Origin: an uncultured Thermoanaerobaculia bacterium | Lineage (GTDB): Bacteria > Acidobacteriota > Thermoanaerobaculia > Gp7-AA8 | DNA length: 64,000 nt | Reading direction: 5' to 3' | Assembly (NCBI GenBank): GCA_964650405.1 | Contig: CAZYTO010000002.1 | Coordinates: 5,164 to 69,163 of the forward strand | Shown: piece after piece, positions 52,482-64,000 of the stretch | Numbering within the stretch: position 1 is the stretch's first letter | How the letters are laid out: each line of letters begins with the position of its first letter | Notes under the pieces: model-generated | What the model saw: the letters and a program-made list of their open reading frames with translations, nothing else | Databases searched by the model: none | What the model was told of the DNA's origin: nothing | Made by a program: the position numbers and the translations under genes

Positions 52482-53672
52482 TCATGGAACCCACGGTGTG
52501 CGGCTGAAGTGATAGTTGCCCATCTGCAACTTCACCTGGTCGAGAATGCCGGAGTCGTAATCGATCTCGGAGACGTCGGAGCCGCCGGTCAACTGGACGT
52601 TTCCGTTGACCACCACCGCGCCGCTGATCTGCGTCGGCGGCGACATGACCAGATCGCCGCCCACCCAGACCACGCCGTCATAAAACGTGTTCGACTGGGG
52701 ATTGAGGATGAGGTTCCCCATGACGATCAGGATGCCGCTGCCGCTGAGACGCTTGGTGGGGTTGAAGTTCGCGTTGCCCTTGATGATCACCAGCGACATG
52801 GGCGGGAGGGGGTCGGGAAGCTGGCTTTCGTCGTCGACGACGAGGTCCGCCATGGCCGTCAGCTCCGGCGCCTCCGCCCCGAAGACCTTGTTCAAGGCGA
52901 AGGAGCCGGAGGTCGAGCTCAGGGCCGGATTGCCGGTGACCGTTCCCAGGAACTTCGGAGAAGTGCCCGTGCCGTAAGCGACGCCGATGCCTGTGCTGCC
53001 GCCGATGACGCGGCCGGCCTTGGCGATGTTCATCTTGCCGCTGTCCGCGCCGCTGAGCGCGGCGTTGGCCGGAAGCAACAGGCTCATTCGCTGCACTTCA
53101 TTGCGCAGCGTGGCCTGGGTGATGATCGTATTGCCCCCCAGTCCCGGCCCCTGTGTACTGTCGTTCTGGATGTAGATGATCCCGTGCGAGGTGAGCTGCC
53201 AGATCGTCCCGGGCTGCGGTTTGCCGCGGCGCTGGCTGACGTCGAGCACCTCCGCCTTCCGCACTTCATAGCGCGCGAAGACCCGCGCCTGCCCCATCAC
53301 TTCGTACGTGCGCACCAGTCCGATCTTCGGGTCCTCGGTTTCATTGATGGGAGGGACGTGGGGAGGGGTATGCGGGCAGACGCCGTTCGGATCGAGGTCC
53401 GGCGCAAACGTCGTCACGGGCTGCTGCTTCTGGTGGATATACCAGGACAGCGAATTGGTAAGGCCCGCCGAGGCCGCGTTCTCGGCCTGCCCCTGGTAGG
53501 CGAGCTGCCGCGCCACGAAGCGGCCCGACGTGGCCGTAATGGTCAGCGTCGTGAGGAGCAGCAGCAGCAACAGCGTCGCCGCAAACAGGACGAGAGCCAG
53601 GGCAATGCCGCGCTCTTTGCGGCCTGCTCTCCGCCGTCGCGTCCGACCTTTGGTTTTGTCCCCAGGGCACAT
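52482..53672 (-). CDS. PilX/GspK-like pseudopilin
   Basis: KERGIALALVLFAATLLLL N-terminus without Glu+5, QAENAASAGL helix; GGAGG 8 nt upstream of ATG 53672. Confidence 0.6.
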   Translation of the reverse strand: MCPGDKTKGRTRRRRAGRKERGIALALVLFAATLLLLLLLTTLTITATSGRFVARQLAYQGQAENAASAGLTNSLSWYIHQKQQPVTTFAPDLDPNGVCPHTPPHVPPINETEDPKIGLVRTYEVMGQARVFARYEVRKAEVLDVSQRRGKPQPGTIWQLTSHGIIYIQNDSTQGPGLGGNTIITQATLRNEVQRMSLLLPANAALSGADSGKMNIAKAGRVIGGSTGIGVAYGTGTSPKFLGTVTGNPALSSTSGSFALNKVFGAEAPELTAMADLVVDDESQLPDPLPPMSLVIIKGNANFNPTKRLSGSGILIVMGNLILNPQSNTFYDGVVWVGGDLVMSPPTQISGAVVVNGNVQLTGGSDVSEIDYDSGILDQVKLQMGNYHFSRTPWVP

Positions 53673-53801
53673 AGGACACACCTCCACCGTTCGGTCCGAA
53701 AACCGCATCGATACTTTTCTTTTGTGCAAACCGTCTTTGCTGAAAACGGGTTGCCGGGACCCCCAGTGAATGACCGCCGGCGTCGACGAAACCGTTCAAA
53801 C

Positions 53802-53830
53802 AAAAAAAGGGGCGTTACGCCCCTTTGTAC
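53802..53830 (-). terminator. rho-independent terminator (copy 1 of a duplicated unit)
   Basis: GGGGCG TTA CGCCCC; on the minus strand the stem is followed by TTTTTTT. Confidence 0.7.
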
Positions 53831-53886
53831 GGTCTATGGACCGGCGGAATTGCGAACTGACTGTTTGCTGGCTCTCTAGTCGCTCC

Positions 53887-53915
53887 AAAAAGAAAAGGGG
53901 CGTTACGCCCCTTTG
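53887..53915 (-). terminator. rho-independent terminator (copy 2), downstream of ppdK
   Basis: Identical core AAAAGGGGCGTTACGCCCCTTTGT; minus-strand tail TTTTCTTTTT. Confidence 0.7.
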
Positions 53916-54059
53916 TTGGTCTCAAGACCCGGAAACTTTGACTAGTGTGTGTGTGATTCGCTACAAACTCGTATCTTATGGGTGCCCAACAGGCTAGGCG
54001 CACTCCGGAGCCGAGTCAAGTAATTAATCAATCAAAATATCGCAAGAATCGCGCAAAAC

Positions 54060-56786
<2,727 letters not shown>

Positions 56787-56797
56787 GGGATGTCAGA

Positions 56798-58057
56798 TTA
56801 TCTCTGAATCTCGAGGTCGACGCTGCTGTAAAGCTCGCGCATGGTCTGCGTGCAGACCACCTGACGGGGCTTGTCACTGCCAGCCGTGACCAGGTCCACG
56901 TTGGCCAGCTTGATCCCGTGGCGTGTCAGCTCGTTGCGGATCGCTTCGAGCGAGCGCTGGGCGCGGGCGTGGTTGGCGGCCGGCGTGGCCTCGCGAAACT
57001 CGTGCGAGACGAGGCGCAAGTGGCCCGGCGCCTTGGCGAGGATGTTGGCCAGGATGCGCAGGGCGTGATCGCTGGCGGCGTCGTCGAGCGAGCCGTCGCT
57101 GCGCCAGGCCAGGCCGAACAACGGCCAGCGGCCGGTCCGCCTCAGAAACGAGGCCGCGAACACTTCCGTGTCATCCGGCGGAACGGCCTCGCTGACCCGC
57201 TCGCCGAACCAGGCGTCGTCGTAGAAGAACGGGATCGGCTCTTCATGCCAGTCGAGGAAGCTGAGATGTTTGCCGTCGCGCGAGACCGTGGCCGCGGCAT
57301 AGCCCGATTCGAGGCCGCGGATCCAGAGCAGGCGGATCATCCGGTCCTGGTCGGCTCCTCCCTCGAAGAAGTAAGGCTGCTTGTTCAGTTGCATCGCCCC
57401 GGCGACGTGGTTGCCGTACTGGGCGAACGTGGCCGTGTTCCCGTTGACCCGCCAGGTGCCGGCCAGATGCGGCGGCACCGGGTGCTCCAGCTCCTGCCCG
57501 CGGACGAGGAAGGAGCCGAGCTGCACCTGAGAATCGGGCACGAACCCGGAGAGCACGGTGACACGCAACCGGTCGGCCTCCACCGGCGGCACGACGAAGA
57601 ACTGAGCGTTGGCGGTATCCTTCAGCGACACCGTGGCGATGGTCGCGAATGCGCCGTCGCCCTTCGCCGCCTCCACGCGGGCGTCGCGCAGCCGGAACGG
57701 CTTCTTCGCCGTGCTCCGGAAGCCCACCGAGTTGATGCGTGTGAGCACCGGCAGGCCGACGATGATGGACTGCGGCAGGTCATGGGCCGGTCCGATCCAG
57801 CCGCTGTCGGGATTTCCGTCGATGGCGTTCAGCGCCGACACGTCGAGCTTGTCCTCGGCCGTGCGGTCGATCAGGCATGCCCCGCTGGCGAGCGTGGCCA
57901 GGCTGGTCCGTTCGTCATGGTCGTCACCCGACGTCGGCATTTCTTCCGGGCGCTGGGCGTCGGAAGATCCCGGGGAAGAAGCGCCATGCTTTTCCTTTGG
58001 ACAGGCAGTCAGCAGCAGGGCCGCGAGAAGGCAGACCGCAGACGTCCGGTACCTCAC
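56798..58057 (-). CDS. lipoprotein with discoidin (F5/8 type C)-like domain and OmpA-like C-terminus (tentative)
   Basis: Lipobox LLLTAC; ALNAIDGNPDSGW motif; GTG start overlapping the glyS stop. Confidence 0.55.
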   Translation of the reverse strand: MRYRTSAVCLLAALLLTACPKEKHGASSPGSSDAQRPEEMPTSGDDHDERTSLATLASGACLIDRTAEDKLDVSALNAIDGNPDSGWIGPAHDLPQSIIVGLPVLTRINSVGFRSTAKKPFRLRDARVEAAKGDGAFATIATVSLKDTANAQFFVVPPVEADRLRVTVLSGFVPDSQVQLGSFLVRGQELEHPVPPHLAGTWRVNGNTATFAQYGNHVAGAMQLNKQPYFFEGGADQDRMIRLLWIRGLESGYAAATVSRDGKHLSFLDWHEEPIPFFYDDAWFGERVSEAVPPDDTEVFAASFLRRTGRWPLFGLAWRSDGSLDDAASDHALRILANILAKAPGHLRLVSHEFREATPAANHARAQRSLEAIRNELTRHGIKLANVDLVTAGSDKPRQVVCTQTMRELYSSVDLEIQR

Positions 58058-60131
58058 GCCTGATACTCGCTCCGGTTGACGACGATCTTCGTCACATCGG
58101 CGATCCGCCCCACTGCGTTGCCGACCTTGCGCAGCAGCGACATCCGGTTCTTCCGCACCGTCTCGTCCTCCACCATCACCATGACTTCGTCGAAGAACGC
58201 TTCCAGTTCCGGCGCCATGGCCGCGAACGACTGCAGGGCGTTGTTGTAGTCACGCTCGGCGATCATCTCGCCGATCTGCTCCGACACTGCATCCGCCAGG
58301 TCGTTCAGGCGCTTCTCCCGGTCCTCTTCCAGCCTGGCCGGGTTGACCGACGACGAGTCGTGGCCGGCGGTGATGTTGGCGATGCGCTTTGCCGAGTCGA
58401 GGATGGAGAGGAAGTTCGCCTCGTCGCGCACGCGCTTGAGAGCCGTGATGCGGTCGACCAGGTCCGTGAGCGACCCGGCCCAGCCGGCCTCCATCGCCGC
58501 GGCGATCTCGTCGTAGGCGAAGCCGTACGCCGACGTCTCCAGGATCGTCTTCACGCGGTCGGCAAAGAAGGTAATGAGGAGTTGCCGGGTTGCCGCATCG
58601 CACGGCTGCCGGGTCGCTCCGATCTCGATCAGCCTGTCGATGCCGATCTTCACCTGGCGCTTGTCCCGGTTGAGGAGGATCTGCACCACGCCCTGCGCCG
58701 CGCGGCGGAGGGCGAAGGGGTCCTTCGAACCGGTGGGAACCGCTCCGATGCGGAAGAATCCGATCAACGTGTCGATGCGATCGGCCAGGGAGACGATGGC
58801 GCCGGTGATCCCGCGGGGCAGCGGATCCTCGGCATTGACGGGGAGATAGTGGTCGTAGACCGCCTGCCACACCTCCTCGGCAAGCCCTTCTCCCGGCGAG
58901 TAAATGCCGCCGACTTTTCCCTGAAGCTCCGGTAACTCCTTCACCATCTCGGTGACGAGGTCGCTCTTGCAGAGCTCTCCCGCGGTGACGGCGGGCGTGC
59001 GATCGATGCCCAGCTCGTCGCTCAGGGCGCCGGCGATGTGCGCCACGCGCACGGCCTTCTCCGCATAGTTGCCCAGCTCCGCGTGAAACTGCAGGTGCGA
59101 GAGCTGCTCCGTGCGGCCGGCCAGTTTCGTCTTCCGGTCGACGTCGTAGAAGAACTTCGCGTCGGCGAAGCGGGCGTTCGTGACGAACGAGTTGCCGTAG
59201 GCCGCGTTGCCGTCCGGATCGCCCTCGTTGTCCAGCACCGCCAGGAAGGAGCTGGTCAGTTTCGCGGCCCCGTCGCGGATGGGGAGCTGCTTCTGGTGCA
59301 CGCGCATGACCGTGACCAGGACTTCTTCCGGCAGCGCCAGATACTCGGGACGAAATTCGGCGCGCACGACGCCGGGATACTCGGTCAGGTACTGCCACTG
59401 CGCCCAGATCGAGGCGTCGACGGCCGCTTCGCCGCGAACCTCGTGCGCCAGCACACGGGCGCGCTCGGCCATGACATGCCGCCGGCGCACCGGATCGGCG
59501 ACCACGCGCGACAGCTCGAGGTTCGTGACGTAGTCGTTGTAGGTCTTCCCTGCCTTGAAGGCATCGGGCGCCAGGGTGCGGTGCCCGACGGTCGTCTCGC
59601 CGGAGGCGACGCCGAAGATGGCCAGCGGCAGGTGCACGCCGTCGAAGATCGAGACGATGGAGTGGACCGGGCGGATGTAGGCGTGCTCGCCGATTCCCCA
59701 GCGCATCATCTTCGGCCAGCGGATGGCCTCGACGATCTGCGGGATGCGTTGTTGCAGCACGTCGGCAGTGGCACGCCCGGCGACCTTGCGCTGGACGCGG
59801 ACGTAGTCGCCGCCCTCCAGCAGATCGCCGGGCGAGGCGTTGTTCTTCTTCAGGAAGCCGTTCAGCGCCGCCGTCGGATTGCCGCCGGCGTCGTAGGCTG
59901 CCTTGCGGGGCGGCCCCTTCACTTCCTCCTCGCGATCCGCTTCCTTCTGGGGAAGGCCGTTGAGGAGGATGACGATCCGGCGCGAGGTGGTGCTCACCCG
60001 CACGGGCTCAGGCGCCTCCGCCTTCAGCTCCTCGGCCAGCTTCGCCAGTTGCCCGGCCAGCGCAGCCTGCGCGCTGTCGTGCATCCAGGCCGGGATCTCT
60101 TCCGTCAGCAGCTCGAAGAAGTACTCGGCCA

Positions 60132-60132
<1 letters not shown>
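58054..60132 (-). CDS. glyS: glycine--tRNA ligase beta subunit
   Basis: MAEYFFELLTEEIPAWM N-terminus; internal ATG 60132 overlaps the glyQ stop (ATGA). Confidence 0.93.
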
Positions 60133-61037
<905 letters not shown>

Positions 61038-61140
61038 GGGGCCGCGATTCTAGCCGAAGATCCGGAGCCGGGTATGCGGACAGGTCCGTCGGGCGAGCGG
61101 GATGCGGCGAGCGGCGAGTTGGGCTGCTATTCGCCTTGCT

Positions 61141-61734
61141 TCAGCTTCCTCTCGTGTCCGTCGCTGTGAGTGGCGCTTGCGTGTCTGTCTGAGTTGGGGG
61201 CACCGAAGGTTCCGTCTTCTGCTTCGTCGGAGTCGTGCCCGTCGTCGTGTCTGGCGGTGGCTCGGTGGAGGTGTGCTCGCTTTCGGTCTCCGGCGGCCTA
61301 GTGGTGGTCCGCGCCGGAATGGTGGTCGTCCGCGGACGCGACCAGCGGATGCCCTCGGACGGCGTCGTGTAGGGCTGCTGTTGCTGCGGAAGGACGGTCA
61401 CCCGCCGCGAGTCCTCGGTTGCCGGCACGGTTCCGCCGGCGGTCGTCGTCGCGGTGCCGGCGGTCTGGCCCGCCGGCAAGGTGAAATTCGTGGTGGTGTC
61501 GGCCGCCGTGGTTCCGGCGGTCGTGGTGCCCACGGGCGGTGGCGGCCTCTCACCCGGCGCGTTGATGGTCGAGGAGGCGCCGCTGGTCTGGCCCTCCTGG
61601 ACGACGTCGTATTGCGGCTGGCCCCGCTGCAGATCGCTCTTGTGATGGCAACCGAGCCCGAGCGCCACCATCAGGGAAACGGCGAGGCAAAGGGCGAGAG
61701 AAGCGGCGGTCGGGGCAGTTCGATCGGTGGTCAT
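61141..61734 (-). CDS. Thr/Pro-rich lipoprotein
   Basis: Lipobox ALGLGC; only the last 197 codons of the 420-aa track ORF accepted (the rest is antisense to the thioesterase gene). Confidence 0.5.
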   Translation of the reverse strand: MTTDRTAPTAASLALCLAVSLMVALGLGCHHKSDLQRGQPQYDVVQEGQTSGASSTINAPGERPPPPVGTTTAGTTAADTTTNFTLPAGQTAGTATTTAGGTVPATEDSRRVTVLPQQQQPYTTPSEGIRWSRPRTTTIPARTTTRPPETESEHTSTEPPPDTTTGTTPTKQKTEPSVPPTQTDTQAPLTATDTRGS

Positions 61735-61777
61735 TCCTGGCCATTTCAAATCGCACGTTATGTGCCACGATTGACCG

Positions 61778-62191
61778 ATGAACGACGAAGCCGCCGTCCG
61801 CGCAAGTTTCACAAAACAAGAGCTCATGCGCCTGCTCGGGGCCTCGCTCGGACCGGTATCTCCGGGCGCGGCCGAGATCGTCCTTCCCTGGCGGCCCGAG
61901 CTGGGCCAGCAGGACGGCGTCCTCCACGCTGGCGCCGTTGCCAGCATCGCCGACGTTGCCTGCGGCTTGGCGGCACTGACGATGATGGAAGAAGGCGCCG
62001 GGGTCATGAGCGTCGAGTTCAAGCTCAACCTCATCGCCCCTGCCCGCGGCGAACGCTTCGTGGCGAGGGCTCGTGTCGTCCGTTCCGGCAGGACGTTGAC
62101 GGTGACCACGGCAGACGTCTTCGCCGTTGACGGGAGCACGGAAACGGTCGTGGCTACGATGCTGGGGACGATGATTTCGCGCAGAGGGTGA
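61778..62191 (+). CDS. PaaI-family hotdog-fold thioesterase
   Basis: GVLHAGAVASIADVACG ... SVEFKLNLIAPA motifs. Confidence 0.8.
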   Translation: MNDEAAVRASFTKQELMRLLGASLGPVSPGAAEIVLPWRPELGQQDGVLHAGAVASIADVACGLAALTMMEEGAGVMSVEFKLNLIAPARGERFVARARVVRSGRTLTVTTADVFAVDGSTETVVATMLGTMISRRG

Positions 62192-62395
62192 GGAGTGGCA
62201 GCATTCAGCAACGGGAACCACCCGGAAAGTGTTGACGAAGCCGAGAACGACGTCGAGGCAGATCGAGCGGCGAGTCGCCGCCGGGTCCACCATTCGCCGA
62301 TCCGTCGACTCGCGCTCCCCGGCTCGCGGGAGCGGTCCAGTCCGGCAGAGAACACAAGATATGAGGGCGGGGGGGCAAGCCAACGCCCGCTCCGG

Positions 62396-62584
62396 CCGGA
62401 CATTCACGCCGTCGCGCCAGATATCAATGTCTGACGCCCAGACATGAATGGCTCCCGTCCAGACATGAATGGGTCCCATCCAGACAACGATGTCTGGCGC
62501 TCAGACATTAACGAGCGGCTGCCAGACATGAACGATCCGGCTGCAGACATCAATGTCTGCGCGCCAGACATGAATGTCAGGATT
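62396..62584. repeat. tandem array of 9 phased 21-bp units (core CCAGACATGAATG)
   Basis: Unit starts 62396, 62417, 62438, 62459, 62480, 62501, 62522, 62543, 62564, checked by hand. Confidence 0.9.
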
Positions 62585-62971
62585 TTCCCCAGGGCAGGAA
62601 GAAATATGATTACGGCAACGCTGTTACGGGAAGTTCACAACTCTCACAGTTATTCGGCGTCAAAAACACGCGAATAAGCGCTCCGCAACTCCCGCTCACG
62701 TTGTTGTCGATCTCACGCAGAAACAGTTAGTTACCAGCAGTCTTGCGTTCGTGGTTTGTGGCGGTATGGACGGCGAGGTGGAATACCATCACAAGAAAGT
62801 TGAATCCAAAATGCGCGTTCCTACGCTTTTCTAATAGAGGGCAAACCGCCTTCGGCGAGAGCGGCGCACCGGCTTGCTTCAGAAGAACTGAACCTGGAAC
62901 AACCCCCCGCCTGCCCCTGTTGAGCAAATCGTACCGATGTGGTACGGTTTCGCTCCTTTTTGGGTAGCCGA

Positions 62972-63445
62972 ATGCTGAAAATCTCGAAGCTCACCGACTA
63001 CGGCCTTCTTGCCTCCGTCTATCTCGCCCGCAAGCATGGGGAGGTGGTCTCGGCGCGCGAGATCGCCGGGTTTTACCAACTGCCGCTGCCGATGATCACC
63101 AAGGTGCTCAAGACGTTGCACCATGGAGGGGTCATCGAGTCGCAGCGCGGCGTCGGCGGCGGTTACTCGTTCACGAGTGAAGTCGAAACGGTCACGCTCG
63201 GGCACCTCATCGCCGTGCTGGAGGGGCCGTGGGACCTCGTCGAGTGCGAGACCCACGACGAGAGCGGCCACGCCCTCTGCGCCATCCGCAGGGCCTGCCC
63301 CTCACGGCGGTTCATGTACGGCATCAACCGGGCCATCAAGGGCGCCTTCGACCAGGTCACGCTCCACGACCTGATCCATGGGGCCATACCCTTCCCGCTC
63401 TTCGACAAGGCACGCCTCACCACCGGCGCGGAGGCACTGCAATGA
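62972..63445 (+). CDS. Rrf2-family regulator (IscR/SufR-like)
   Basis: MLKISKLTDYGL N-terminal wHTH, GGGYSF, Cys cluster C-x5-C; ATGA overlap with sufB. Confidence 0.85.
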   Translation: MLKISKLTDYGLLASVYLARKHGEVVSAREIAGFYQLPLPMITKVLKTLHHGGVIESQRGVGGGYSFTSEVETVTLGHLIAVLEGPWDLVECETHDESGHALCAIRRACPSRRFMYGINRAIKGAFDQVTLHDLIHGAIPFPLFDKARLTTGAEALQ

Positions 63446-64000
63446 CGGACACCATCCAGGAAATCACCGCGCAGGAGTACAAGTACGGATTCGTCACCGA
63501 CATCGAAGCCGATGTCGCTCCTCCCGGCCTCAATGACGACATCATTCGTCTCATCTCGTCCAAGAAGGAAGAGCCGGAGTGGCTGCTGGAGTGGCGCCTC
63601 AAGGCCTTCCATCACTGGCTGGAGATGAAGGGGCCGCCCTGGGAAAACGTCCAATACAAGGCCATAGACTACCAGGCCATCCGCTACTACTCGGCTCCGA
63701 AAAAGAAGAAGAAGCTAAACTCTCTCGATGAAGTCGACCCCGAGCTGCGCTCCACCTTCGAGAAGCTGGGCATCTCGCTGGAGGAGCAGAAGCGCCTCAC
63801 CGGCGTGGCCGTCGACGCGGTGTTCGACTCCGTCTCCGTGGCCACCACCTTCCGCAACGAGCTGGCCAAACACGGCATCCTCTTCTGTTCGTTCTCCGAG
63901 GCCGTAAAGGAGCACCCGGAGCTGATGAGGAAGTACCTCGGCAGCGTCGTCCCGACCACCGACAACTTCTTCGCCGCGCTCAACTCGGCCGTCTTCAGCG
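63442..64000 (+). CDS. sufB: Fe-S cluster assembly protein SufB (3' end beyond the window)
   Basis: My translation from ATG 63442: MTDTIQEITAQEYKYGFVTDIEAD...EWLLEWRLKAFHHW...GVAVDAVFDSVSVATT; open to the window end; absent from the ORF track. Confidence 0.9.
   Translation, partial: MTDTIQEITAQEYKYGFVTDIEADVAPPGLNDDIIRLISSKKEEPEWLLEWRLKAFHHWLEMKGPPWENVQYKAIDYQAIRYYSAPKKKKKLNSLDEVDPELRSTFEKLGISLEEQKRLTGVAVDAVFDSVSVATTFRNELAKHGILFCSFSEAVKEHPELMRKYLGSVVPTTDNFFAALNSAVFS

Noticed and set aside
61735-62403. Upstream part of the 420-aa ORF 61141-62403, and the 309-aa ORF 61550-62479
   Set aside because: Both are antisense to the PaaI thioesterase gene and run into the 21-bp array. Only the lipoprotein portion from ATG 61734 is accepted.

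Overview
High-GC (about 65-70% by eye) bacterial chromosomal segment. Gene content suggests a soil Acidobacteriota-like organism, but that is inference only. About 60 protein-coding genes can be supported. I saw no rRNA, tRNA, CRISPR array, transposase or integrase. Housekeeping genes: trmFO, an RND efflux pair, polA, selB, a cysK-like gene plus cystathionine gamma-synthase/lyase, plsY-gpsA, ppdK, glyQ-glyS, moaD-moaE, separate LigD-type ligase and polymerase genes, and an Rrf2 (IscR-like) regulator with sufB at the 3' edge. Unusual content: (i) a kinase / HopA1-like / LanC trio at the 5' window edge that resembles a three-component lanthipeptide synthetase, followed by vapBC; (ii) an orphan operon of three prepilin-type proteins, one of about 1146 aa; (iii) back-to-back GT-C and GT2 glycosyltransferase genes plus a stand-alone MshEN-type (c-di-GMP-binding motif) protein, where the GT2 gene carries an in-frame, palindrome-rich insertion of about 543 bp; (iv) two strictly phased 21-bp tandem arrays 47 kb apart that share an AGACATnnATG core; (v) many intergenic heptamer microsatellite elements (GGCACTC/GAGTGCC, GGTTAGT, CGTTGTC, GGTACCC and others) that form inverted arms, bracket genes and twice end next to start codons; (vi) an apparent frameshift in a GT21-like glycosyltransferase. 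Many long ORFs in the supplied track are antisense shadows typical of high-GC DNA and were not called. All family assignments come from motif recognition by eye, not from searches.
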